A DNA stretch of 64,000 bases from Paraspadella gotoi (taxonomy: Eukaryota; Animalia; Chaetognatha), in the NCBI GenBank assembly GCA_051294375.1, contig CM119267.1, positions 6,313,992 through 6,377,991 of the forward strand, written 5' to 3'. Position numbers and translations under genes: made by a program. Numbering within the stretch: the stretch's first letter is position 1; every line of letters starts with the position of its first letter. The notes beneath the pieces were generated by a model that was not told the DNA's origin, did no database searches, and saw only the letters and a program-made list of their open reading frames with translations. Shown here one piece after another: positions 1-11,890 of this stretch.

Positions 1-1104
1 GAGGTCGTCCTTTCCCGCATCGTCTACGACAATGCGACCGGACATTCGAAAGGCTGCGCCTTTGTTCAGTTTAAGACAAAGGCCGGGGCCGAGGCCTGTC
101 TTCAATCTGGCACGGAAAACGAGGGCCTACGACTCGGCAGTCAAACCATGGTCGTCAATTTGGCGTTGCCGCGGAAGGAAGCCAAGAAATTGACGATGAT
201 GTGCCAAAGGGCGGAAGCTAAGATGCCCTCAGACAAAAGAAACCTTTACTTGGCGAGGGAAGGGTTCGTACGTCCAGGTTCCGAAGCCGCCGAGGGCGTC
301 TCCGCCGCGGATATGAACCGACGAATGAAATTGATTGCTTTAAAAAAGCAAAAGCTCAAGAACACCAACTTCTTCGTCTCCGACACTCGACTCAGCATCC
401 ACAATCTCCCGGCGACCTGCGACGAGAAGCGTTTAAAGAAAGTCTTTCTGACGGCGGCGGTGGATGGCGGCGTCAAGGGCGCCCGAATGACCGAGTGCCG
501 CATCATGCGCGACGAGAAACGTCTCAGCGCTAAAGGAGTCGGGAAATCTCGAGGATTTGGATTCGTATCTTTCGATACTCACGAGGCCGCCCTTGCCGCG
601 CTCAGGCACTCCAACAACAACCCGGATCTCGTGGGGGAAAAGAAACGCCTCATCGTCGAGTTTTCCGTCGAGAGCGCGAGGGCGCTGCTGATCAAGAAAA
701 AACGGCTGGAGAAAGCCAAATTGTCGGCGCCTCGAGACGACGACGCAAAAGGCGCAAAGTCGGAGCTTACGACCGGAAAAAAGGACGCGCGAGCTGGCGA
801 CGTCGGAAAATACAGCGGGTTCAAGGCAGCGAAGGGAAAAGGAAACCCGGGCCTACCGAAGCGATTGGGAGCTAAAACTCGGCGCAGGGACAGAAAAAGC
901 GAAAAGCGCGAAAGTAATGCGAAAAACGATAATAAATCCAGGTCAATGAACGACGATAAAAGAAAGAAAAATAAGAAAGTGAAGAATAAAACAAAAAAAT
1001 CGGATGACAAAGAGGAGTCGCGTTTTCAAACTTTGTTGAAAAAGTACAAGAAGGGAGATGAAGCGAAGTTTAACAAGCCGAAGACAAAAAAGTGGGACGA
1101 TTAG
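1..1104 (+). CDS. RBM28: RNA-binding protein 28 (Nop4-like nucleolar multi-RRM protein), 3' part; 5' end lies outside the window
   Basis: Frame is open from base 1 (EVVLSRIVYDNATGHSKGCAFVQF, an RNP1 motif). It continues through DKRNLYLAREG, NFFVSDTRLSIHNLP, a final RRM (SRGFGFVSF...ALAALR...RLIVEFSVE) and a K-rich tail ending KKWDD; TAG stop at 1102-1104. Confidence 0.9.
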   Translation, partial: EVVLSRIVYDNATGHSKGCAFVQFKTKAGAEACLQSGTENEGLRLGSQTMVVNLALPRKEAKKLTMMCQRAEAKMPSDKRNLYLAREGFVRPGSEAAEGVSAADMNRRMKLIALKKQKLKNTNFFVSDTRLSIHNLPATCDEKRLKKVFLTAAVDGGVKGARMTECRIMRDEKRLSAKGVGKSRGFGFVSFDTHEAALAALRHSNNNPDLVGEKKRLIVEFSVESARALLIKKKRLEKAKLSAPRDDDAKGAKSELTTGKKDARAGDVGKYSGFKAAKGKGNPGLPKRLGAKTRRRDRKSEKRESNAKNDNKSRSMNDDKRKKNKKVKNKTKKSDDKEESRFQTLLKKYKKGDEAKFNKPKTKKWDD

Positions 1105-1238
1105 GCGATTGTGTTGTTATTTCTGTTATTCGTTATGGATGTTAACAATCATGTTTGATCCGGCTACATCTATGTGAAAAGTTGGATCGAAAGATGTGAT
1201 GATTTTGTTTTACTTGCAGGTTTATTATGAAGTCACTA

Positions 1239-1265
1239 TGACGTCAATACTTTACAGTGACGTCA
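1239..1265. promoter_or_regulatory. Two perfect CRE palindromes (TGACGTCA) upstream of the DUF1399-like/Ubl gene
   Basis: TGACGTCA at 1239-1246 and 1258-1265, about 220-245 bp upstream of ATG 1485. Confidence 0.45.
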
Positions 1266-1484
1266 AAAATCCATGACAATTAAACTGATAACCGTCGACG
1301 GGTTAATGGTCGGGGCGAAAACGCACTTGAACATCGCAAAAAAACTTTTTTTTAATTTATTTATTTTTTTCGATCTCGATTCGTTAACATAATTTTCACC
1401 CTCAGCTCGGCTTGAAGCTAATTCTTGTAACCTTTGATCATCTATATCACGGTGAATCTGTAAAAAAAAAAACTTTTTGTCGCT

Positions 1485-2812
1485 ATGAACGTGATGTCTC
1501 ACGACGCCAACTTCCACCTTCTCAACCTCGGCGGCGGCGACTGGGAAGACAGCACCCCGGAGGAAAAGTTGCGGAATCAAGCTTTTTACGAGTTCGTTTT
1601 CAAGGAAAGCCTGCTCGGTCGAGTTCAGCGCTACTTTCTGTGGCCCATGGAAAAGGTTCACGAAGCCCTCGCCGAATACATGAAGCTGCTCATACTCAAG
1701 GAGGAGCTGGAGGATTTCGACGGTCGCATTGTTCTGGCGCCTCCGATCCTGGCCCGGGTCTGGGAAAACCACATAGTCGACACGGCCGAGTATCGCAACG
1801 GTTTGGAAAAGATTCTCGGTTCCGGTATGTTTTTGGATCACAATCCCGACCTCATGACGTCTCTGACGGAAGAGGTGAGGGCGGAAAAGGTTTCCCAGCT
1901 GACCCTGTTCTACAAAGGGAAGTTCGGACGCGATCCGAACCCGTTATACTGGAGTTTCGACGAGTCGGCCTCGAATTACTATCCCCCTGGCAACAGATTC
2001 GGCTCTGTGATGCGCGAAGACGACGGTTCCCGACGTGTTAACCCCGGGGCCCTTTATCCGTGCGGCAGCGGTAGGTTCTCAAGAGATTTCGGTTTTCAGA
2101 GGTCGCGTCCGTCGCGTCCCGGCGCCACGATGGGTTGGCGTCGTCCCCCGTCACCGCTCGGCTCTCCGCGACGCCGGTTTTTCGACGAGGACGAGCACCT
2201 GAATCGCGGGCGCGACGCGATGCCGAGGACGCCGCCGCGAAACTCTGCCAACAACGAGGGGACCTCTGCACATTCCGTGGAGAAAGGTCTTTCCCCCACT
2301 CGATGCCTGCTTTTTAACCCACGATTGCTAACGTTCAGTAATTTGGGTTTAGAAGCCGCGCCCGAACAATGCCCCGCCCGTGAGCCGGAATCAGGGGCCG
2401 AGCGAGATCCCGGAGTGGGTCATCAACCGGCGAACAAAGTCATAACCTTTGTCGTGAAATGCAAAGAGCGTAAGTTGGCTTGTTTCTTTCTTTCCTCTCG
2501 AGTGTCTAAAAAATTCGACCATTTTCTGTTATACTCAGGTCCTAAGTCCCAAGTATTTTCGTCGTAAAAATTAGTTTTTTTTATCTCGAAGACTTGATGT
2601 TTTTAGCTTTCCGTTTCCGGCATGTTGTCAAAGATTGTTCCAGATCAACTACAGTAACTGAACTAAAGGCGATGTTGTGCCAGTTGGAAGAGCGCCTTCA
2701 GGAGCCGTTTAGCCTGACAATCATTGGAAGCAGAATTGATCTGGATGACGGGGCGACCTTGGCGCAGATGAACGTCGTTGACGGAGACATCATCACTATT
2801 CAAATGACATGA
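1485..2812 (+). CDS. DUF1399/GRDP-like domain protein with C-terminal ubiquitin-like domain; predicted exons 1485-2286, 2353-2469, 2607-2812
   Basis: The N-terminal pattern W..EKVHEALAEYMKLLILK...PPILARVWENHIVDTAEY...G.FLDHNP...LTLFYKGKFGRDPNPLYW resembles the GRDP/DUF1399-type signature (EY.RFL.L...P...D..WH.HIL.T..Y...FLHH.P...T...Y...FG..P...W). The C-terminus VITFVVKC...TTVTELKAML...LDDGATLAQMNVVDGDIITI is ubiquitin-like. GT-AG introns 2287-2352 (branch point TGCTAAC) and 2470-2606 are both phase 1 and keep the frame. Confidence 0.7.
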
Positions 2813-3106
2813 TTTAGTTCGCTCGTGATTCTTATTCATACCGTGTGCGCGACACAGGGAAATATGAAAATCGACTGACCTTAAAGTTCTGTACTGCTTT
2901 TTGTTCTAAGAAATAACTTTGAAACGTAATTTGAAAGTGGCTTAGGTTGTGTGGTGGTCGTTTGAAAGTGAAAACTATAATTGCGCAGTTTTGTGAATAA
3001 TCAATTTTACAAAATGAACTTTAAAGTCGATATAATGATTCAATTAAAATTCCAAAATTTGAAGGAAAAAATCTCATAAAATTTTTATACGATTTTAGAG
3101 TAAAGC

Positions 3107-3391
3107 ATGGTTTCGCCAAACCACAATTTGTATGAAAATTCCTCGGATGAAAAAAGTTCGGCCTGTTTCCTTCAGCCTCAATTAGGATGCGATCCTTTGC
3201 ATTACTCTGTCCCTTTATCCGTTGTTGACGACCTCGAAACTTTTTTTCGCGACGATCCGGAAATTTTATCTTTTCTCCCACGAACTGTCAAGAAAGGCGT
3301 TTTCAAAATATGGGCGGAAGACATCAAAGACTACCAATTCTATGGGGACGCGGTGGAAATGTCGGAAAGATGTTTGGACACTCAGGGATGA
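3107..3391 (+). CDS. Short ORF, possibly the first exon of the downstream orphan gene or a separate small gene
   Basis: ATG at 3107 follows an acceptor-like TTTTAG. The 94-aa sequence looks protein-like, but no family is recognised and no clear donor site was found. Confidence 0.3.
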   Translation: MVSPNHNLYENSSDEKSSACFLQPQLGCDPLHYSVPLSVVDDLETFFRDDPEILSFLPRTVKKGVFKIWAEDIKDYQFYGDAVEMSERCLDTQG

Positions 3392-3554
3392 GATTTGAAA
3401 ATAGTCTATTGCAAAATTTAATTTAATTTACACTCGCATGCATAGTTCATTTTTATTAAATAGAGGGGTGGGGAAGGGGCACTTCGAATATCTTGATTTA
3501 TTAAGGTTTTTTTTTATATACATATTTTCAAATCTCGTCTTCAAATAAAAGAGT

Positions 3555-5201
3555 TTGCCCGAATATAATACGAAACCAATGAGACGCAAACGAAGACGAA
3601 TTCGGAAAGTGACATCGACACATGATGTTGAAAAGGTGGTTCGTTATGGGAATTTTGTTCGCGGAAAAAAAACGGCGACATGTCATGTATTAGAAAACAA
3701 CGACTTGGTTACTTGGAAGCACAATAGGAGTCGGCTTAAGTTTGTCAAAAAAAGAAATTCTTTTTCAATCACGAATCGTGCCAAACGTCGAAAAATTGCA
3801 ACATTTTTGGAACTCTGGAAACGAAATGAAGCAGAAACTGAGAGTGATGGTGATGTTTCTTCATTAAGTAAAAATCCTTTTACTAGAATGAGCCCTCGTG
3901 AACATTCAAAATTGAAGAAAGAAAATACGAAGACAAGGCCAAACAAAGTTGGAAATGTTTCATTTGAGGAACTTTCAAATTTACCGCTGTGGCCTATTGA
4001 AGACCGAATAAAAGCATTTCAGTTATCAATCGCTGAAGTGATGCAAATTCCAAAGCCATTGTATGAGTCTGATAGCTCAATAAACGAAAAAAACACTCTT
4101 CGTGTGACTTTGGATTATATTAGTTCAGTCAAAGATGCTTACAGCACTGAAAGTAAAATTTCAACGCCTAATGATTTCGACGAAGCCATTAAAACTTCTC
4201 TTAGTTTTCCGATTAGTGACCGAGCGCACAAGTTGTTAGAAGAGTTTGAAAGTAATGAATGTTGTATAGACATTAATAAAAGTCTTGATAATTTTGATAA
4301 TGTTGCTTCCGTGGAACAACGCAAGAAAGAGGTTCATAATAATATTATTCGTTCTCAGAGTTTTCAAGGCAGTCGTATTCCTGAAGATGAGGAGATTCTT
4401 TTGAAAGGTTTAGCCAGTGAAAGAGCAAATGAAATACGTAGCGGTCATTGGTTTTCTAACTCTAGTAACCTTAGTCCAGATGATACAAGCATTTTGAATA
4501 ATTGTGATTTGTTGGATAAGAATATTAGCTTATTGGCAATGGAATATTGCAATCACGTTTATGAAAGCTTGACTAGCAATTATAAAAATAATATTTTTAC
4601 TGATGAATTGTGGGTTTCTGATGGAGAAAATATCGTGGAAAAAACTACTAATCAGTTAATGAAGGCGGCTTCGATGTCACAATCAGAAAATGCGGTTCCC
4701 GATGAAGAAATTAAATTTTGTGAAGGAAAATTCAATTTTATTATGAAAAACCTTAACATGCTATCGGTATCAGAAAATACCACAAAATCTTTAGAAAACG
4801 ATGTGGAAATTCGCCAGCTATCCGGAGTAGTAGAAAGGAATTTAACGTCGATCAAAGACGCCATTTCATCTCGTCAAGTTGAGAAAATTGACGCTGAACG
4901 AGAGATCTTGGACGCTTTCGCCAATGCTCATGACCTTGGTGATGAAAATAGAAAGAATCAAGGAAATGTTAAGTTTGCTGTCGAGTCGCTGATACATCAT
5001 GATTTGAGGTTTTCAAATATCAACATTTTATTTTTAATATTGAGTTTAAAATGTTTACGGACCTTACCAGTACAAAAGGCAATTGACCTCTTTCTCATTC
5101 ACCTCCTCATCTCAGGAATTCGGGGCCGCTTTCACGAGGTTCAGTTCACCTTTCTCTCTTTCCTACTAGTTCATCTCTTACACCCCTTCTTACCCTCATG
5201 A
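3555..5201 (+). CDS. Uncharacterised protein with a basic NLS-like N-terminus and an acidic/Ser-rich body; exon boundaries uncertain
   Basis: A 548-codon open frame in AT-rich DNA is unlikely by chance. Basic clusters MRRKRRRIRK and KRRK are present. The last ~70 codons may include an intron (acceptor-like TTACCAG near 5069). Confidence 0.55.
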   Translation: MPEYNTKPMRRKRRRIRKVTSTHDVEKVVRYGNFVRGKKTATCHVLENNDLVTWKHNRSRLKFVKKRNSFSITNRAKRRKIATFLELWKRNEAETESDGDVSSLSKNPFTRMSPREHSKLKKENTKTRPNKVGNVSFEELSNLPLWPIEDRIKAFQLSIAEVMQIPKPLYESDSSINEKNTLRVTLDYISSVKDAYSTESKISTPNDFDEAIKTSLSFPISDRAHKLLEEFESNECCIDINKSLDNFDNVASVEQRKKEVHNNIIRSQSFQGSRIPEDEEILLKGLASERANEIRSGHWFSNSSNLSPDDTSILNNCDLLDKNISLLAMEYCNHVYESLTSNYKNNIFTDELWVSDGENIVEKTTNQLMKAASMSQSENAVPDEEIKFCEGKFNFIMKNLNMLSVSENTTKSLENDVEIRQLSGVVERNLTSIKDAISSRQVEKIDAEREILDAFANAHDLGDENRKNQGNVKFAVESLIHHDLRFSNINILFLILSLKCLRTLPVQKAIDLFLIHLLISGIRGRFHEVQFTFLSFLLVHLLHPFLPS

Positions 5202-5604
5202 TTTTATCGCCGTCTATATTTATATTTGTGTTATTTATATAGTTAGGCTTACTATTAATTGAGTTTTTTTTAAAAGATAATTGTTGACATTTGAAAACCT
5301 CGTTATAGAAACGCAAAAAAAGAATCGCCAAAAAAGTATATTGCCTATAATAAAAAAGTGGAAAAAAAGTACTGTGTTCAAAATATTGCTTCTGCGGCGT
5401 GCTCTCCGTGCAAATTATCTGTAAACAAAGAGCATATGCTTTCCCACCTGTCCGCAAGTTGAGCTGATAATTCTTGTGATTATTTCCCCCAAATTTTTTC
5501 CAATGTAAAATTTTTTATTTAGTAAAACATGTCATTGATTCAATAGTTTAATGAAATATTTTTTTTTTTTTTAGTATTTATTAGGAACATCTAGGATAGG
5601 CTAA

Positions 5605-6807
<1,203 letters not shown>

Positions 6808-9469
6808 CTATGGTAATGAGGCGAGTGTTTTTTGTTTTTACGGATAATTAAAGCGGTATTGAGGAGTTATGAATCTCTTTTACTCTATATTTGCTTTAAC
6901 TTTTTATTCGCTTGGAAAATATTTTGGATTAGAAATAATGTTGTTTTTTTAAGTTATTGAATGTTATGAAAACATTCATGTTTTTTTTGGCTGAAACTAA
7001 TTTTGTGATTTTTTTTTAGCTAGTTATTTAAAAGACGTTGTTTGTTAAATTTTTAAATCGATATGTTATATGTTTAGTTTTGTTGATAAACTTAAGTCCA
7101 ATAAAATGTCACTTTTTAACTTTTTTTTAGTTTCTATTGTATTTTAAATGTTCTTTTTGGCACGTAATCGTTGCCATTACATAAGGGTTACACTTTTTTA
7201 GATTTTGTGATGTGAAAGTTAGAGCGATTAGCCACTTATTTGTTTCACGAAAAATTAAGAAGAAACTAAACCATTTATGATATACAATGATTGGATTTGA
7301 TTGTTACAAAAGTTGTTATTTTTAAATTGTTTATTTATTTTACTCACAATGTGTCTTTTACAAACAGTGCGAGTCGTAACGCAGGGTCAAATCTGTTTCG
7401 CAGGGTATGCTCGTATACAGACTATCTATTGAGAAAACCATGGTATTTTTACCATTTCATGGTGTTATTTTATAAAATAATTCAATTAATTATTGATATT
7501 TATTTACAAAATTTCAAAGTTAAATTCATATTTGGAATTCCGTGCTATCAAAATAATTTAATTGTAAGTCACACGCCATCCCCAAAACAATCTGAAAGGT
7601 TTTCATCAAAACAGTTCTATTTAAATATTTAAGAGAAATTATTGGAATTTCTTAAATAATGAATATGAATAATGTTAATATCAGTATTGCTACTTATCTG
7701 AGTAAAATTGTTTTTGATATTATTTTGAAATGTGATTTATACCATTCTTCCCACGACAGTCTGTTCTTTTTTTACGAGTTTTTTCGTAATTATTCCGATC
7801 TGAAAAGTTTTAATCTTTTTCTATATGTACTATTTACTACTGACGAATGATCTTTTTCCGACCCGTGTATGCTAATTGCTCAGAAATTTAGTTTAACCAC
7901 AAACAAAGTATTTTTCACTCCCTTGTCTCTACCGTGTTGTTTTTGTCACTCAATTGCAATTTATACATTTTTCTAAAGATCATAGCCCACAAAAATCTAA
8001 TAAAAAGATTCAAACAAAATTAGATAGATAATTAATAATTAATAGATAATTACTTTATATATAATAACTTCTTTGAAAAAAATAAAATCTTTTTTTTCTT
8101 AAACATTATTTTTGGAAATCAATTTGTTATTGATCTCTTTAAAAATCTATATTAACTCATATATTATTTAGCGTTTGTTTAAATTTAGTTTTCTTTATGG
8201 GGAAAAAAATTTTAAATCATTTTATTGTCATCCACAAGAACAACCGAAATCATGATTAAAAAAAATTCTTACTCGACACGAACATATCATTTGCACCCTT
8301 GCCGAAAAAAAAATTGATTTGACTGTGTTTTGAAGTGAGCAAACCGTTTTAATCCTCTCTCAGCTTTTTCAAGAATCACATATGCAAATATATTTTATTG
8401 TGTGTCGCGTGTTATTCACTCATTCAATCGTGTGAAAATAATATTTAGTTATTTTAAAAATTTCTCTGTTTTTAATTCAGAATTTCAGATTCAGATTCCA
8501 AGTGGCGGATCTTACAACGTGGTCGTCGTGTTCGACCTACGCCGATAATGAATTTATGAAAAAGACTCGCGATGGAAATAAACCCCGCCGACATTACATG
8601 ACACTTGTTCGCATTCTGATTCGTATTCCTACTTACGCCAGCACGCCCAAGGCGCATTTTCTAAAAATTAACAATACTTTCAAATTTAAATCCGTCTAAT
8701 TAAAAAAAGAGCAGATTTTGGATTACGAGTGCCCTCAAACCAAACAAAGATTTCCGCGATTCTTTCAAATATCTTGCAAGATGCACGAAACCTTGACCAA
8801 TACAACTTTACGATTGACTCAATTCGGAATCTCAACATGTACTTCTTATTCGAGCAGTAGACAGTTTTATTGCGATGCTGTGCGCCACTGGAGTTGTCTA
8901 ATAAGAAAATAATTGTTAAAAATGTCAATCCTTTAAATCATGGAGATTTGTATTTGACAAGACCTGTTAGAAAAAAAAAGGTTCAAAGATCTAAAGTCGC
9001 TTTTTTTGGCCAGTTATGCAATTCACGTTCAAAGTTTTCGAAGTATTCATTCAACTCCGGCCAATATCACCAGTTATAAAATTTCGCGCTAAGAACGCTT
9101 TTTTTTTTCCAAAAAAGCATTCGAGAGAGAAGAGCTAAAAACTTTTGAAATGTTATTCACGTATTCTTTAACTACGTTATCGGTGTTTTATTTGCATTAT
9201 CTGTCTTTTTTAATATATTTTTACCGTTGTTAAAATTTTTAAATAATTATTAACGAAATATTTTTTTTCAGATTTCTATTTATAATGCGTAAGTTCTTGT
9301 AAAAGGGTAAAATAAACGACGGAAAAACTTGAAATCACATTACAAGAGAATAAACTTTATTTATCTTCCCAGTCTCCCATCATTTTGCTTAAACAACGAT
9401 CTCGTTTTTGACGCCTACTTCCCTCGAAACTTTTTCTTTCTCACTTTGTCGTCCCACTTGAAATCGACC

Positions 9470-11890
9470 ATGAGCGATTGCTTGTCGCATCTTCAAAACC
9501 AGTTCCACGAATGGATGGAATACCTGGGGGTCGGCGTCCCGACCTCAAACTCGTTCTACGCGATCGCAGGGCTGGCAGGGGTCGCCGTTGCCGCCCACCT
9601 CTTTCTCAACAGCATCCCACAAGAGAGCGACTTGCCGATGATCTCCAACATCGACTATGATCAAGTGTCCATCGAGACTGAAGACGGCCGTGTGTCCGCC
9701 CTCTGCCTCGACGGTAAATTGGCGACTTGGTTTTCGTTTTTTGAGCCTGAATATTTTTTAAAAGATGATTTATATATAATTTAAACTGTTAGTTATTATA
9801 ATTATTACGGTTAAATTTATTTTTTAAGGCAAACTCCGGTATTTGACTTTCGACGAATGCGCCACATTGTGGGAGATTTTTCAACGCGGCAAACGAATTT
9901 CGGATGACGGACCTTGTCTGGGCTGGCGCCCCGGTCCGGGAGAACCTTACTCCTGGCTCAAATATTCCGAGGTGGAAGAAACGGCTTGTCACCTGGGCGC
10001 CGGCCTGCTTCGCCTAGGAATCGACGACAAAGGCTCCTCCAACGGTCAGTCCTTCCTCGGGATTTATTCGCAGAACAATCCTCAATGGCTTATCGCCGCC
10101 GAGGCCGCGTGGATGCGTCGCATGGGCATCGTGCCGCTCTACGACACGCTTGGACCCAGCGCGTCTAGCTTCATCATCAACCAGGCCGGAATAACCTGCG
10201 TTATGGTCGATACGGTGCCAAAGGTAAATGTGTTTATTATTGGTTTCCATCAATCAATATTTCGTATTGAATCTCAGTCATTTTTTGTTTCATTTTAGGC
10301 CCTAATTCTGTTAGCTCAAGCTGAAAACACCCCCGAGTTGCGCCACATCATAATGAAAAACGCGGCGAACGAGGACGTCAAGAAAGCTTCAGCCGAGACC
10401 GGCATTCGTGTCTACACCTTCGACGAAGTGGTGCGACTCGGGAGGGACATGGTGCCCTCTCCCCCGGTGACCCCTCCACTACCCGACGACCTCGCCGTCA
10501 TTTGTTACACAAGCGGAACGACCGGGGATCCTAAAGGCGCCATGCTCACCCACGGCAACTACACCGCCACCATCGCCGGTGTTTGTTTGCACATGAATCA
10601 GGAGCCGTGGAAGACCCGCTTCAACTTTGGCATCGAAGACGTTTCTATTTCATATCTCCCGCTGGCTCACACTTTTGAACAAGTCGTCGCGAATACTTTG
10701 CTCGCTCACGGAGGTAGGTTAACTGCATTCAGTTTTGGAGTTTGATTTTAAAGATTCACTCTGGCCCTGTCGTTTATTTTTCAGGTCGCGTGGGTTTTTA
10801 CCAAGGAGACATCAAGCTGTTGATGTCAGACATGCAGGCACTGAAGCCGACCGTGTTTCCAGTCGTTCCTCGGCTCCTTAATCGCATTCACGACGGTGTT
10901 TTGGAAAAGGTTCGCGGGTCTCGGATAAAAGAGGCCATTTTCAATCTTGCCATGTCTCGTAAAACGGCCGAACTGGATCGCGGCGTTTATCGCAACAATT
11001 CAGTCTGGGACAAGCTGATCTTCTCAAAAGTTCACGCCAACCTTGGTGGACGCGTCAAAGCCGTCTTTTCTGGATCGGCTCCTCTCGACCCCAGAGTCAT
11101 GACTTTCGCCCGCAATTCGTTCGGCGGGGCCTTCGTAATGGAAGGCTACGGTCAGACCGAATGCGCCGCCGTCTGCTGCTTGCAGCTACCGATGGACCGT
11201 CACCTCGGCCAGGTCGGCGGCCCCATGCCCTGCACAAAAGTCAAGCTGGTCGACGTTCCCGACATGAATTACTTCGCCAGAGAGGGAAAGGGGGAGATCT
11301 GCCTAAAAGGTTACAACGTCGGACTCGGCTATCTGGACGACCCCGAGAAGAGCAAAGAAACGTGGGACAATGACGGCTGGCTTCACACCGGCGATATTGG
11401 GACCTTCGACGTCAACGGCGCCCTCAAAGTCATCGACCGTAAGAAGAACATCTTCAAGTTAGCCCAGGGCGAGTACATCGCCCCCGAGAAGATCGAAAAC
11501 GTCTACGTCCAGTCGTCCTACGTGGCGCAGATCTTCGTCCATGGCGAGTCGCTCAAATCTTGCCTCATCGCTGTCGTCGTTCCCGAAAAGATGCAGGTGG
11601 AGAAGTGGTGGAAGCGGTATTGCGGAGACGAAAAGCCCAACCAGGCCCTCCCGCCCTTCGAGATCATCATGGAAAAGGCGGAGCTCAAGTCCACCATTCT
11701 CGCCGACATTATCCAGCTGGGAAAGAAGAACGGGTTGGCCGCCTTTGAACAAGTCAAGGATATCATTCTTTCCTCCGAGATGTGGACCATCGAAAACAAC
11801 TTATTAACCCCGACCTACAAAGCCAAACGTCCGCTGCTCATGAAGCACTTTTACCCGCAGATTCAGCAGCTGTACGAAAAGCTGTGGTAA
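9470..11890 (+). CDS. ACSL: Long-chain fatty-acid-CoA ligase (ACSL1/5/6-like); exons 9470-9713, 9829-10223, 10299-10713, 10785-11890
   Basis: N-terminal hydrophobic anchor; GPCLGWR; IVPLYDTLG; AMP-binding ICYTSGTTGDPKGAMLTH; SYLPLAH; EGYGQTE; GWLHTGDIG; IDRKKNIFKLAQGEYIAPEKIEN; LLTPTYKAKR. GT-AG introns 9714-9828, 10224-10298 and 10714-10784 join the exons in frame. Confidence 0.93.

Noticed and set aside
8472-9079. Short ORFs between TDH and ACSL
   Set aside because: No recognisable motif or consistent splice model; possibly UTR or promoter sequence.
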